A stretch of DNA of 64,000 bases, taken from positions 5-64,004 of the forward strand of contig CANMVY010000006.1 of assembly GCA_947501265.1 (NCBI GenBank), read 5' to 3'. Below, one piece after another: positions 18,241 through 29,020 of this stretch. The translations under genes and the position numbers were made by a program. The first letter of the stretch is position 1, and the number at the start of each line of letters is the position of its first letter. Origin of the DNA: Bacteroidota bacterium. Its GTDB lineage: Bacteria > Bacteroidota > Bacteroidia > UBA7662 > CANHCV01. Under the pieces are notes generated by a model. It was not told the DNA's origin. It ran no database searches and saw only the letters and a list, made by a program, of their open reading frames with translations.

Positions 18241-19056
18241 ATGGAAATGAAGGGAATTTTTAAAGGAAAAACAATCATTGTTACCGGAGCAAGTTCGGGT
18301 ATTGGTTGGGCTATGAGCTTGGAATTGGCCAAACGAGGAGCCCTAGTGGTTGCTGCAGCTCGCAGGAATGAGAAACTGCAAGCTTTAGCATCTTTGAATC
18401 CTGATTCTATTTTTCCTTTCGTTTGCGATGTTACCATTGACTCCAATTGCATGGATTTGATTCAATTTGCCGATCAACAAAAATTCCCACTTGCTGGTTT
18501 GATCAACAATGCTGGGATTGGAATGCGGGCTATTTTCAGTGAATTGGAGATGGATGTTTTTGAACGGGTGATGGAAGTTAATTTTTATGGAACAGTTCGG
18601 TGCACCCGTTATGCGATTCCTCTTCTTCTAAAAAACAAAGGGTGGTTGGTAGGTGTAAGTTCCGTTGCTGGATACATTGGATTGCCAGGACGAAGTGGGT
18701 ATTCGGCATCTAAGTTTGCGATGCAAGGATTCTTGGAGGTTGTTCGAAGCGAGAATCGAAAAAATGGGCTGTCGGTTTTGGTGGCCTGCCCCGGTTTTAC
18801 AAAATCGGAAATTCGTAAGCAGGCCCTCAACAAAAATGGAAAAATCCAAGAAGAAAGCCCACGAAAAGAACAAAAACTCATGACTGCAGAATTCGTTGCG
18901 ATTCAAATCGTTGATGCGATGGAAAAACGAAAGGACGAGCTCATCATTGGTCGGCAGGGAAAAGTTGCCGTTTGGTTCAAGAAATTCTTCCCCTACCTTA
19001 CCGAAATCCTAACCTATCGGAACATGGCGAAAGAGCCCGGCTCACCTTTTCAGTAA
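18241..19056 (+). CDS. SDR-family short-chain dehydrogenase/reductase.
   Basis: TGASSGIG Rossmann motif. YSASK catalytic motif. Confidence 0.8.
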   Translation: MEMKGIFKGKTIIVTGASSGIGWAMSLELAKRGALVVAAARRNEKLQALASLNPDSIFPFVCDVTIDSNCMDLIQFADQQKFPLAGLINNAGIGMRAIFSELEMDVFERVMEVNFYGTVRCTRYAIPLLLKNKGWLVGVSSVAGYIGLPGRSGYSASKFAMQGFLEVVRSENRKNGLSVLVACPGFTKSEIRKQALNKNGKIQEESPRKEQKLMTAEFVAIQIVDAMEKRKDELIIGRQGKVAVWFKKFFPYLTEILTYRNMAKEPGSPFQ

Positions 19057-22000
19057 TCAAAACAAATACCTTAGCTGCATTTGCATCCAATGATTGATAC
19101 GTTGGCTTTCGCCCAATTGTCGAAGTTGGTAAGTCACCTGCGACTGAAGTCCACTCTTTAATACCGCATTCCAACTCAATCCAACAATGTTGTTTTTTCC
19201 AACAACCAATCCTTGCATCCATTCAAATCCTAATGGACTTCTCTGATTCCCCACAAAATCAATTTCTGTCCTTTGAAATTGAATTTTCCATTGCCCTTTA
19301 TCGCTTTGATTGATCCAAAAATCTGCTTTTAATTCTTGAATTTGGCACTGCTCCAGGGCCGATTTTTTTTGAGAAAACTTCCCGTCCACGTTTAGCCGCA
19401 TTTTTGAATTGACTTGAATTTGAACGCCTGGAACAGCATCCCAAGATCGGTAATCAAATGTTCTTTCTTGGAATAATTCCGATTCTTGAATCACTTTTTG
19501 AATGCCTCCCCTACCCCTCAATTGAAATTTTTTATGAACTACCCAGCGTACAATTCCATACGTTTCAACTTGGGATCGTTGGTCCAACCCGTTGCTGCTC
19601 CATTGCCCCAATTCATTTTCAATGTAGTTGATTTCAACGCCCCATTTTGGGTGGTTTCGATTGATCCACAAGGTATTTCTCCATTGACTTTGAAAAGAAG
19701 GCGTTTGTTCGGGGTTGAAATTCAATTGTGGGATTAATCCTTCCCAATTTTTGTTTTTCCAGGTCTGGCGATCCTGCTGCAATTGACTTGATGCATAAAT
19801 GGATTTCAGCCATGCTGGTCGAAAGGCCATTCCCGGCTGTAGGGTCAATTGCAAATTGGTTTTCGAATGAAAAACATCCAAATAGCTGGTGGTTGGCAGC
19901 AATAACTTAATGTAACGAGCACTATCGGCAAATATCGCCAATTCAAATTCATTCAATTCCTGAACCCCATTTCGGTTGTAATCGTTCCATTGATGGGTTC
20001 CCAACCCTGGAGCAACCGGTAAATAGGTAAAGTCTCTTTTCGGTGTTTTTCCCGACGTACTTTGTTGAAACCATTGGCCACTCACGGCACCTTTCCATTT
20101 TTCAAATTTTCCTTCCGTTTGAAAGGCCAAACTCTGATTTTTTTCAAGCGAGTTGGGAAGCATTAGTTCTCGCCATTGAAGTTGAAACTGATTTCCTTTT
20201 TTGTTGAATCCAACATTGCTAAAAATAGCATCTTGAACATTAGAAAAATCATTGGATCCCGGTTGAACATCTTTTCGTTTGCCCCATTGCCAGTGAAAAG
20301 AAGTGGAAGGGCGTTGGATCAACAACCTTGAAGAGAACTCTTCAAATGAAAAAGGTATAAAAAGGGTGGACAGATTTTTCCAACTGCTTTTTTCCAACAA
20401 ATATTTCGCCTGAATTTGTGGGGCGTATTTGTTTCTTTTTGATAGCTTATAATTGAACTCCGAATTCCCCTGAATAACTTCCCCAATAGAATCAGATAAA
20501 AAAGTTTGTTTTCCCCATTTCCACGATTGTTTCCAGTTCCATTGATCCTTTTGAAAAGATGATTGGAGATCAACCGAATTGCCCGAAATGCTTGACCAAT
20601 TTAATCGGGAATATCCGAGTGTAACTTGTTGAAAATCTGACCATTTGGCTTGGCTTTCAATTCTACTCAATTGTTCCCGACCACCTGAATATTGGGTGGG
20701 TACGTTCCATGTTCGATTGAATTCTGCAGATCGATAGGGTTGAAAAATTGAAAATCCAGAATCAAGGTATTCGTTTGTGATGGTATTTTTTAGATACATT
20801 TTCTTGGAAAGCACGAAAAAGGTATCTAATCGTTGAAGATGTGTTGAACTGGCCCATCCCCAGTTGGTGGAATTTCCGAGGGAACTGAAGGTATTCACAT
20901 CGAAAGAGCTGAGTGCGAATTCTTGTTTTAGTTTCCATTTCTTAAAGGACAGTTTGATACCGACCGTTTCCATGGTTTTGGATTGAGGGGCAACGGGAAC
21001 CACGATGGGGTCATAAGCGCCAGCAAGGAGCGTATCATTTCCAAAAACGGTAGGCGCTTTCCATAGGTAAGTACGTCCATTCTGTACGTTGGGACCAATC
21101 ACGTAATTCCCTTTTCCCTCGCCTACCAACGTAAAGGTGATTTGGTACAAGGTATTCGAAGAATCTTGAGAAACAATAAATACATTCCCGTAACCTAACG
21201 AGTCAATTTTTTCGTAAAAAACCAAGTTGGGTTGAAAATTGGCGATGCTGGCACCGTTGATTTGTGCCAAAGAAACATCGTTACCCACTTTTTCCAAAGA
21301 ACGAATCCAATTACTGTCTAATCCGCCTTGCAAAAATTGATACTTTTGGTCAGCTTCTCGGTAATGATTCCATGTTATCTCTATGGATTTATTTCGATAT
21401 TTCAGTTCCGCAGCATTGTTGATTCTTAGGTACGATTGATTGAGGTATTCAAACTCAACAATAATTCGAGATTGATTGGTGATCAGGTGTTTGGGAGTGA
21501 ATCGTATTTCTGAAGAGTTATAATCGAAGGTATAATCCAAATCTTGGCCGCGTTGCAACAACTGACCGTCCAAATATACTTTTTCACTGTTGGCCAAAAC
21601 GATCAAAAACTTCTCCTGTTCATTTCCCGTAAGTCGGTAAGGACCTTGAACTCCCTCTTCACCCCAAAAGGTATTTCGGCTAAATTTTCCACGATTTATT
21701 CCTGCAGACGCGCTCGTTTCAAGTTTGCCGTGAGAAAGGTTTTGGTTGTTTCTCGCCTGTACACCGTTGATATTGCGTTGAAGTTTTAAAAAATATTCGG
21801 AATCAATATTTAGGTCAAGGCCTCCAAAATTCCATTCGGATTTGGGCATTTTTAGCTGAATAAAAAATCGGTCAAAATCTTGAATTCGCTGGGTGGTGCC
21901 CTCGGGTTGAAACGGAGTTGTTTGGTCGGTTAATGCAGCCTTCAGATTGATTTTAGGGTGGATTTGACCTTCCATTTGGAGGTTTAAAGAAGATTGAAGG

Positions 22001-22416
22001 GTTGAATTTTGGGAGTTTCCTAACGTAATTCCTCGGCCAATGCTTCCCGACTTTTTTAAGTTGGAGAAATAATCTGTTTCGGCAGGTGTATTTTTCTCAA
22101 AAGAATTGGATTGAGTTGGGAATGCTTTGGTTGAAGATCTTGAATTTTCGAATACCAAAATGCGGAAAGAAACACGAATGGAATCGGAAGGAATCCGATC
22201 AAATTGAATGGATTGGGATTTCCAGTCGTAGATCCAAGGGATGGAATCCATGGTTTTCCAATGAACCACGACGGAAGGTTTATAAATGGGATCTTTTCCC
22301 AATGAAATGGATTGCGAAGGTGGGAAAATTTGATGAAAATGGGTTTGGAGTGGTTGGGAAAATCCACCAAGAAAAAAAGTGATAAAAGAAATCGAAAGAA
22401 AGATTTTAACTGCCAT
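19057..22416 (-). CDS. Large (1119 aa) predicted outer-membrane beta-barrel protein of unknown function.
   Basis: Signal peptide MAVKIFLSISFITFFLGGFSQ. Long amphipathic beta-rich sequence ending in aromatic RYLF. Its start overlaps the stop of the upstream sensor kinase by 11 bp. Confidence 0.45.
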   Translation of the reverse strand: MAVKIFLSISFITFFLGGFSQPLQTHFHQIFPPSQSISLGKDPIYKPSVVVHWKTMDSIPWIYDWKSQSIQFDRIPSDSIRVSFRILVFENSRSSTKAFPTQSNSFEKNTPAETDYFSNLKKSGSIGRGITLGNSQNSTLQSSLNLQMEGQIHPKINLKAALTDQTTPFQPEGTTQRIQDFDRFFIQLKMPKSEWNFGGLDLNIDSEYFLKLQRNINGVQARNNQNLSHGKLETSASAGINRGKFSRNTFWGEEGVQGPYRLTGNEQEKFLIVLANSEKVYLDGQLLQRGQDLDYTFDYNSSEIRFTPKHLITNQSRIIVEFEYLNQSYLRINNAAELKYRNKSIEITWNHYREADQKYQFLQGGLDSNWIRSLEKVGNDVSLAQINGASIANFQPNLVFYEKIDSLGYGNVFIVSQDSSNTLYQITFTLVGEGKGNYVIGPNVQNGRTYLWKAPTVFGNDTLLAGAYDPIVVPVAPQSKTMETVGIKLSFKKWKLKQEFALSSFDVNTFSSLGNSTNWGWASSTHLQRLDTFFVLSKKMYLKNTITNEYLDSGFSIFQPYRSAEFNRTWNVPTQYSGGREQLSRIESQAKWSDFQQVTLGYSRLNWSSISGNSVDLQSSFQKDQWNWKQSWKWGKQTFLSDSIGEVIQGNSEFNYKLSKRNKYAPQIQAKYLLEKSSWKNLSTLFIPFSFEEFSSRLLIQRPSTSFHWQWGKRKDVQPGSNDFSNVQDAIFSNVGFNKKGNQFQLQWRELMLPNSLEKNQSLAFQTEGKFEKWKGAVSGQWFQQSTSGKTPKRDFTYLPVAPGLGTHQWNDYNRNGVQELNEFELAIFADSARYIKLLLPTTSYLDVFHSKTNLQLTLQPGMAFRPAWLKSIYASSQLQQDRQTWKNKNWEGLIPQLNFNPEQTPSFQSQWRNTLWINRNHPKWGVEINYIENELGQWSSNGLDQRSQVETYGIVRWVVHKKFQLRGRGGIQKVIQESELFQERTFDYRSWDAVPGVQIQVNSKMRLNVDGKFSQKKSALEQCQIQELKADFWINQSDKGQWKIQFQRTEIDFVGNQRSPLGFEWMQGLVVGKNNIVGLSWNAVLKSGLQSQVTYQLRQLGESQRINHWMQMQLRYLF

Positions 22417-24829
22417 TTCCTACAGGGAATCGGATGTCGAAAATGCATCCTTCATTGGGTTTGGAAATGAAATGGATGGAACCTCCATGGCTTTCGATGG
22501 TGCGTTGAATGAGGGAAAGTCCAAGTCCCATTCCGGAAGATTTGGTTGTGAAATTGGGCTGGAAAATTTTCGATTGAAATTCATCTGGAATTCCACCAGC
22601 CCAATCTTCAAGTTGAAGTTTAATCTCGTTTGAATTTGCTTCCAAGTACACGTTGATTTCTCCATCCAACGAATTATCACCATAGGCTTGAATGGCGTTT
22701 TTTATTAAATTACCGATGGCTCTCATCATCATTTCTGCATCCAAAGGCATGTAAACCGATTGGGGGTGAGAGAATTGAATCTGTACCTGAGTTGAATAAA
22801 GGTCTATGGCATTTTGAATCACCGGAATGAAATCCAAGTTTTCCATTTTGGGTTCGGGAAAATTGGCAAATGAAGAAAATTCGGTAGAAATCCGCTCAAG
22901 GGAATTCATCTGCTCGTGCAAAATGGAAATGGTTTTCGACAGTTGCTGCTGTTTCTTTTCGCCTTCAGGCATTCGATCCAACAATTGCAACTGCAACTTC
23001 ATGGGCGTGAGTGGATTTCGAATTTCGTGTGCAACTTGTTTCGCCATGTTTTTCCATGCCTTTTCTTTTTCTTGTTCGGCTAAGGTTTGTGCTTGCTTCT
23101 TTACTTTGGATAAAACATCGTTGTATGCCGTTACCAGTTGTCCAATTTCATCTTGGTCGTTCCATATAAGTGTTTCATTTCCAGAACTAATCAATTGGTT
23201 CTTGAGTACAATAAAGGGTTGAATGAGCCATTTGGCAACCAACCAAGAAAATCCGAACAAAAACAAGATGATGCTGCCCAAAAAATGAAGCATTTTCCCT
23301 CTGTTTTCCTGACCCTGACTTAAATCTTCATTGAAAAGGAACCATTCAAAAAAATACGTTTTTTCTGGTAATTGCAAGCGGTATTGAATGCTTCTGATTT
23401 TTTGATTTTTTAGCTCATACCAATTTTCATGCATGTTTTTACGCTCCAATAGCTGAATGTGCTGATCGAAGAAAAAGGTTTGAAATACAGGTTTTCGGTT
23501 GGCATCGGTCAATCGAAAATCTACTTCCCAAATTCTTCCTATGCGATTCAATCGAACTTGGGTGGTTGGATCGCTGATGGGAGATTGAAATAAAATTTGA
23601 CGAAGTTGGGCTGAGAATTTTTCTATTTCGATGAGTTTACTTCTTAAAATTTCATCGTGGAATTGTTGTTGGGAGATGCGAATGGAATACGCCGAAAAAA
23701 TGAAAGCGGAAACGAAAACCATTCCAAGGATAACCCATTGAATTTTAAATCGTTTTTCACTTTTCCATCGTTGAATAAAAACTTGAAAATTCGAGAATCC
23801 ATATGAAAATAGTACTAGGAAAATGCTCCAAACCAACTTCGACCAAAACACGAGTCCGAAAGAAAATGGCATGGTGGCAAAGGTTCTTCGATTTCCATTT
23901 TTAGAAATTTCAAAAAGGTCCTGATTATTGCTTTTATAGTCTTGAAGATTTTCTTTCCAAAATGGCGATAACAGCGCTTTCCCTTGAGATTGTTGCAGCA
24001 TCTCATCAACATAAACACCCAATGTAACTCCTTCTGGAATGGTTAATCCGGTTTGTTGTGTTTCCTCAAAAAGCAGTGCAGGGGTTGATTTTCGCTCCAA
24101 TGAAATCCAAATTCCGCTTGAGTCATTTCGTGGAATGAGAACTTGAAAAATTTGGGTTTTGTACCCTTCCTGCATATCAACCTTAATTTCTGAAACAACC
24201 GTGTCTTTGAAATCAATCAATTCAAATCCAGTCAGTTTTTCCTTGAAATAATGTTCCTCCAACCAAGAAACCCACCCATCTTGCTGTTGGTATTTATTCC
24301 AAAATTCGTTTTGGTTGGACCACTCCTCTGCCAAATCAAAAATGGACAATAGAGGATCTCCGTAGTTGGCATCAGCAGCTTTTTCAACGATGTTCTTTAA
24401 CTTTTTAGAGGCTTGATGTTCATCGCGAAATGTTAATGCTAAACTGAAAAAAATCAAGGTAATCGAAAGAAAACCCCATAAAAAACGCCAATTAAATTTC
24501 TGGAAATGAAAATATTTGAACAAGAAAATGGAGAATGCAAAAAGAAAAATGAGTGGTTCTAAAAGTGGATGAAAGATCGGATACCACAAATCAACTTTTG
24601 GTAGGTTCCAAAGGGAAAAAAGAGTAGCAGAAAAACTAAGGATGGAAATCAACCAAAATACGATCGATCGTTTGTTGAAAAGTGGATAAAACCAAACAAG
24701 GATCGCTGAAATAGCACAAATGATGGTACTGTATTCATTGAAATCGATGGTCAAGGGAGAAAATCCTGCAAATAAAAAGAGGATTCCCAGTAAAATTTCC
24801 AGCTGCCGAAACTTAAACCATTTCATCAT
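22406..24829 (-). CDS. 7TMR-DISM-type sensor histidine kinase (membrane 7TM sensor domain, HisKA, HATPase_c). No receiver domain.
   Basis: Multiple N-terminal TM segments. AHEIRNPLTPMKLQLQLL H-box. C-terminal GMGLGLSLIQRTIESHGGSI (G2 box). Confidence 0.75.
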   Translation of the reverse strand: MMKWFKFRQLEILLGILFLFAGFSPLTIDFNEYSTIICAISAILVWFYPLFNKRSIVFWLISILSFSATLFSLWNLPKVDLWYPIFHPLLEPLIFLFAFSIFLFKYFHFQKFNWRFLWGFLSITLIFFSLALTFRDEHQASKKLKNIVEKAADANYGDPLLSIFDLAEEWSNQNEFWNKYQQQDGWVSWLEEHYFKEKLTGFELIDFKDTVVSEIKVDMQEGYKTQIFQVLIPRNDSSGIWISLERKSTPALLFEETQQTGLTIPEGVTLGVYVDEMLQQSQGKALLSPFWKENLQDYKSNNQDLFEISKNGNRRTFATMPFSFGLVFWSKLVWSIFLVLFSYGFSNFQVFIQRWKSEKRFKIQWVILGMVFVSAFIFSAYSIRISQQQFHDEILRSKLIEIEKFSAQLRQILFQSPISDPTTQVRLNRIGRIWEVDFRLTDANRKPVFQTFFFDQHIQLLERKNMHENWYELKNQKIRSIQYRLQLPEKTYFFEWFLFNEDLSQGQENRGKMLHFLGSIILFLFGFSWLVAKWLIQPFIVLKNQLISSGNETLIWNDQDEIGQLVTAYNDVLSKVKKQAQTLAEQEKEKAWKNMAKQVAHEIRNPLTPMKLQLQLLDRMPEGEKKQQQLSKTISILHEQMNSLERISTEFSSFANFPEPKMENLDFIPVIQNAIDLYSTQVQIQFSHPQSVYMPLDAEMMMRAIGNLIKNAIQAYGDNSLDGEINVYLEANSNEIKLQLEDWAGGIPDEFQSKIFQPNFTTKSSGMGLGLSLIQRTIESHGGSIHFISKPNEGCIFDIRFPVGNGS

Positions 24830-24860
24830 TCAAATCTACTAAACATCCTTCTACCTTTGT

Positions 24861-25766
24861 GTGGTGATTGAAAAAGCAAACAAAATAGTTTGGGTACATC
24901 TAGCTCTGTTGGCTGTTGCATTGATTTATTCGGCCAATAACCTGATTGCCAAAATTGCCATGCCTGAATTTATTGGTGCCCGTGGATTGGTGTTGGTTCG
25001 GGTAACGGGTGCAATTGTTTTATTTTTTCTTCTTCACCTCACGCTGTATAAAAAACTTCCTGCTTTTCCTCCCAAACGAATTTGGAAAGAATTGGTCGTT
25101 TGCGGACTTTCTGGGGTAGCTTTCAACATGTTACTCTTTTTCAGAGGATTGGATTTATCCCAACCCATCAATGCTGGGGTAATCATGGTCATTTCGCCTC
25201 TTTTGGTTACTACCTTCAGCATTTTCTCTAAAAAGAGGTGGCCTAATTTTACCATTTGGAGTGGAATTATTTTGGGGTTAGGTGGAGCTTGGGGATTAAT
25301 CCTCGCTGGGAAAGGTGGAATTCATGGTTCTTTGGGCGATTTCTACATCTTTTTAAATGCCGTATTTTATTCGATTTATTTGGTTCGCGTAAAGCCTTTA
25401 ATGAAAGAATTCAAACCACTTTGGGTCGTATTTTGGGTCATGATCGTCGGCTGGTTGGTTCTTTTGTTTGTGGGTTTTGAGCAAGCCAGTGCGGTTGAAT
25501 GGAATTTCTTACCTCTTAAAGCCTGGTTGAGCATTGGATTTGTGGTGGTCTTTACCACGTTTTTTGCATATCAATTGAACATTTGGGCATTGGCCCACGC
25601 CGATAGTACGTTGGTAGGGGCATACATTTATTTGCAGCCCTTGTTTACGGCATGTTTTGCGATTTATTTTGGATTTGATCAGCTGAACATGCAGAAAGTA
25701 TTTTTAGGTGCTTCTATAGTTGTTGGCGTTTATTTGGTTAGTTCTCAAACAAAAAAGTATGAGTAA
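24861..25766 (+). CDS. EamA/DMT-family transporter.
   Basis: 10-TM duplicated EamA pattern. Confidence 0.7.
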   Translation: MVIEKANKIVWVHLALLAVALIYSANNLIAKIAMPEFIGARGLVLVRVTGAIVLFFLLHLTLYKKLPAFPPKRIWKELVVCGLSGVAFNMLLFFRGLDLSQPINAGVIMVISPLLVTTFSIFSKKRWPNFTIWSGIILGLGGAWGLILAGKGGIHGSLGDFYIFLNAVFYSIYLVRVKPLMKEFKPLWVVFWVMIVGWLVLLFVGFEQASAVEWNFLPLKAWLSIGFVVVFTTFFAYQLNIWALAHADSTLVGAYIYLQPLFTACFAIYFGFDQLNMQKVFLGASIVVGVYLVSSQTKKYE

Positions 25767-26430
25767 GTTAAAAGTATATGTTACTGGTGGAAGCCGCGGC
25801 ATCGGAGCAGCAATTGCTCAAAGATTCTTAACCGCGGGAGCAGAAGTTGTAATTAGTTCACGGAATGCACCCACTTGGGAAGGAGCACATTGGATTCAAG
25901 CCGATCTAGGATTGAAGAACGACGCCATTCAAGCAGCCCAAAAGGCCATGAAAATTCTCGGAAATATCGACGTTTTGGTGAACAATGGCGGACTTTTTCT
26001 GCCTGGAGCAATTACAGAAGAGAACGATCGTGTTTTTGAAGCCATGATGCAGGTCAATGTGGCCAGCGCATACCATACTTCCAGAGTGGTGGTACCAACC
26101 ATGAAATTGCAAAATTCTGGACACGTTTTCAATTTATGTAGCATTGCTAGCGAAACCGCTTATGCTGCAGGAGGCAGTTACACCATTGCAAAACATGCTT
26201 TACTGGGATTAGGAAAAGTACTTCGAGAAGAATGCAAAAATTTCGGCGTTCGGGTAACCAACATCATGCCAGGAGCAGTTCTTACCGATTCTTGGGCAGG
26301 GGTTGATTTGCCAGAAAGTCGGTTCATTCCCGTAGAAGATATTGCTGAAACCGTTTGGAATTGTTTCCAATTGAGCTCCAGAAGCGTTATTGAAGAACTG
26401 ATTATTCGTCCTCAATTGGGAGATATTTAA
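25759..26430 (+). CDS. SDR-family NAD(P)-dependent oxidoreductase.
   Basis: VTGGSRGIGAAIA and YTIAKHA motifs. The ATG at 25759 was chosen. It overlaps the EamA stop by 8 bp. Confidence 0.75.
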   Translation: MSKLKVYVTGGSRGIGAAIAQRFLTAGAEVVISSRNAPTWEGAHWIQADLGLKNDAIQAAQKAMKILGNIDVLVNNGGLFLPGAITEENDRVFEAMMQVNVASAYHTSRVVVPTMKLQNSGHVFNLCSIASETAYAAGGSYTIAKHALLGLGKVLREECKNFGVRVTNIMPGAVLTDSWAGVDLPESRFIPVEDIAETVWNCFQLSSRSVIEELIIRPQLGDI

Positions 26431-27599
26431 TGAAAACGATCGTCTTTTTTCTTTTTTTCAATGCTTTATCTCTGATTTCATTGGCGCAACCCATTTGTGG
26501 TGCCGATCAAACGTGGAAATATTTGAAAAAATTGCGAGGGAAACGGGTGGCTTGCATGGTTAATCCGACTTCTGTATTAACGTACAAGCAAGAAAAGGCC
26601 ATTCATTTGGTGGATTATCTGAAATCACAAAAGATAAATATTCAAGTCATTTTCGCACCTGAGCATGGTTTCCGTGGTGAAGTAGAGGCCGGAGCAACCA
26701 TCAAAGATGGAATCGATACCAAATCTGGGGTAAAAGTTATTTCCCTCTATGGAAATAAAAAGAAACCAAGTAAGAAAGACCTGGATTCTGTAGATGTGGT
26801 TGTTTTCGACATTCAAGATGTTGGCGTTCGTTTTTACACCTATTTGGGCTCCTTGCATTATCTGATGGAGGCTTGTTCGGATTACGGCAAAAAACTTATC
26901 ATTTTAGATCGTCCCAATCCGAACGGACACTACGTTGATGGACCCGTTTTGGATACATCGTACAAATCTTTCGTTGGAATGCATCCTGTTCCAGTAGTTC
27001 ATGGATGTACCGTTGGAGAATATGCCCAAATGATGGTTGGTGAAAAATGGGTGAAAACTTCCAAAAACTTTAAATTTTCAGTGGTTCAAGTTAAAAACTA
27101 CAACCATCAAACTCGTTACCCATTGCCCATCCCACCCTCACCCAATTTACTCAATGAAACTTCGATTTACCTTTACCCAAGCCTCTGCTTTTTCGAAGGA
27201 ACATCATTAAGTTTAGGGAGAGGAACTCCAACTCCATTTCAAATGGTAGGTGCACCGTGGTTTCCTGATACGTCTTTCTCCTTTATTCCAAATCCAATCA
27301 AGGGGAAGGCTGAAAATCCTCCGTTTAAAAATCAAAAATGTTTTGGTAGAAATTACCAAACTGAATCATATAAAATCCTTAGGGAAAAGCAAATTCGCTT
27401 GCAGCCTTTGTTGGAATTTTATGCATTAAAACCCGACTCGATTTCATTTTTCAACTCATTTTTCAACCAACTAGCTGGTTCTGATCAATTGAGAAAACAA
27501 ATTGAAAAAGGTTGGAGCGAGAAAGAAATTCGAGCAACTTGGACTCCAGATTTGCTGAAATATCTGGAAAAAAGAAAAAAATATTTGCTTTATTCTTAA
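26430..27599 (+). CDS. DUF1343-family protein (NamZ/YbbC-like exo-beta-N-acetylmuramidase).
   Basis: Signal peptide. FAPEHGFRGE and DIQDVGVRFYTY...ILDRPNPNG are conserved DUF1343 motifs. Confidence 0.7.
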   Translation: MKTIVFFLFFNALSLISLAQPICGADQTWKYLKKLRGKRVACMVNPTSVLTYKQEKAIHLVDYLKSQKINIQVIFAPEHGFRGEVEAGATIKDGIDTKSGVKVISLYGNKKKPSKKDLDSVDVVVFDIQDVGVRFYTYLGSLHYLMEACSDYGKKLIILDRPNPNGHYVDGPVLDTSYKSFVGMHPVPVVHGCTVGEYAQMMVGEKWVKTSKNFKFSVVQVKNYNHQTRYPLPIPPSPNLLNETSIYLYPSLCFFEGTSLSLGRGTPTPFQMVGAPWFPDTSFSFIPNPIKGKAENPPFKNQKCFGRNYQTESYKILREKQIRLQPLLEFYALKPDSISFFNSFFNQLAGSDQLRKQIEKGWSEKEIRATWTPDLLKYLEKRKKYLLYS

Positions 27600-28933
27600 T
27601 GGTGTATCTCTTTGAAAATCACACCGTAATTCTCTAGTTTCTTAAGTATTGGTTCATGCCATTTTGAATGGACAGGAATTTTCACTCCAGTATCATACAC
27701 CTCACCTTTCATGAAGCTCTCCACAGCAAAAGCAATGGGTAACCCAACCGTGGCGGCTATGGCCGTATGAATTTGATCCTTACCTTCTAAAACCAAGTAC
27801 GATTTTAGGTTTAAAATTTCTCCATTCAGTTCATACTTGAACAGGTGAACCATGGCAATCATATCTCGATCGCCGGGCGCTAATACCCAATGTTTTTCCA
27901 AGATCGACTGAAGCGCCTGGGCAGGCGTGAAGTCTTTATCAAACCCTAAATCAATGTCTTTCGTTAAGTGAAGGAATTCAATCTTTCGAATGAGATCATC
28001 CAAATTGGCTCTAGGAACAAGTTTTTTGGCTTCTTCTACCCAATTCTCTACCGTTGAGTCAGACAAAACCAAAGCAAATAAATCCTTTCTAGTTTTGATT
28101 TTTTGAGGAGATAACTTTAAGGTGTCATCGGTTAATCCCAATTGAACGAAGAAGTTCCAGGCTCGACAGTAATTCAATTTTCGTAAGGTTCCACGATAAA
28201 GGGTTTCTAAATTTCTCAAACCATAAACCTCTTCGTAAGATGTAGAATCGCGGTTAGCATATCCTTCGAAAATTCCGTAACCAGGAATTTCAATTTCATC
28301 AATTCGGTCGAAAAGTTGATGATATGGAATGGTTTTAAGCTGCTTGTGATGAATAAAAGTACTCATTCCTTGTCCAGCTAAGACCACGTTCCTTGGATTC
28401 CAAGAGAACTTGTAATTCCAAGGGTTATCGTCCGACTCTGGAGCTACCAATCCACCGCAATACGATTCGAAACCAAGAATTTTGGCACCTTTGCGGTGGA
28501 GATCATCAATGATCCTTTGGGCGCTCATGTGATCAATTCCGGGATCAAGTCCACATTCATTCATAAAAAGCAAACCTTGTTTTAGGACTTGAGGTTCTAA
28601 CGACTTCATTTCAGGACTAATATAAGATGCCGTAAACAAATGCTTTTTGTAGATCAAACAGAATTTAGCAACGGTAGGATGCAAGAATGCAGGTACCATG
28701 GAAATAACTACGTCGTGGGAAGCAATGTGATTTTCCCATTCGCTAGCATCCTGACTTTTTAGGGTAGTAACATGAATATGGGGGTACTGAGCTTTGATTT
28801 CAGCTAGTAAATGAGCATTCGAATCGATCACAGTGTATTGCCACTTTTCCAATTGAGAAATATTCGCTAAGGCTAAAATCATTGAGGCCGTTGATCGTCC
28901 CGCCCCAATTTGTAAAATCCGAGTTAATTCCAT
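27596..28933 (-). CDS. Saccharopine dehydrogenase family protein.
   Basis: N-terminal Rossmann motif ILQIGAGRS. ECGLDPGIDHM motif typical of saccharopine dehydrogenase (Lys9-like). Confidence 0.7.
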   Translation of the reverse strand: MELTRILQIGAGRSTASMILALANISQLEKWQYTVIDSNAHLLAEIKAQYPHIHVTTLKSQDASEWENHIASHDVVISMVPAFLHPTVAKFCLIYKKHLFTASYISPEMKSLEPQVLKQGLLFMNECGLDPGIDHMSAQRIIDDLHRKGAKILGFESYCGGLVAPESDDNPWNYKFSWNPRNVVLAGQGMSTFIHHKQLKTIPYHQLFDRIDEIEIPGYGIFEGYANRDSTSYEEVYGLRNLETLYRGTLRKLNYCRAWNFFVQLGLTDDTLKLSPQKIKTRKDLFALVLSDSTVENWVEEAKKLVPRANLDDLIRKIEFLHLTKDIDLGFDKDFTPAQALQSILEKHWVLAPGDRDMIAMVHLFKYELNGEILNLKSYLVLEGKDQIHTAIAATVGLPIAFAVESFMKGEVYDTGVKIPVHSKWHEPILKKLENYGVIFKEIHH

Positions 28934-28991
28934 GACGCAAAGTTAGGGAAAGGAATAGTGAAAAATATTTTCATGATTGAAAAAACATGAT

Positions 28992-28999
28992 TACCTTTG
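28992..28999 (+). promoter_or_regulatory. Candidate Bacteroidetes sigma-A -7 element (TAnnTTTG = TACCTTTG), 21 nt upstream of the small ORF start.
   Basis: Motif seen directly. A TTG lies about 16 nt further upstream and could be the -33 element. Confidence 0.3.
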
Positions 29000-29020
29000 C
29001 AACCTAAAAAATAAGAAACC

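Noticed and set aside
19057-22416. Assignment of the 1119-aa OMP as SprA, LptD or BamA.
   Set aside because: No POTRA repeats and no OstA-like N-terminal motif were recognised. SprA is about twice as long. The evidence is insufficient, so it is left as an unknown OMP.
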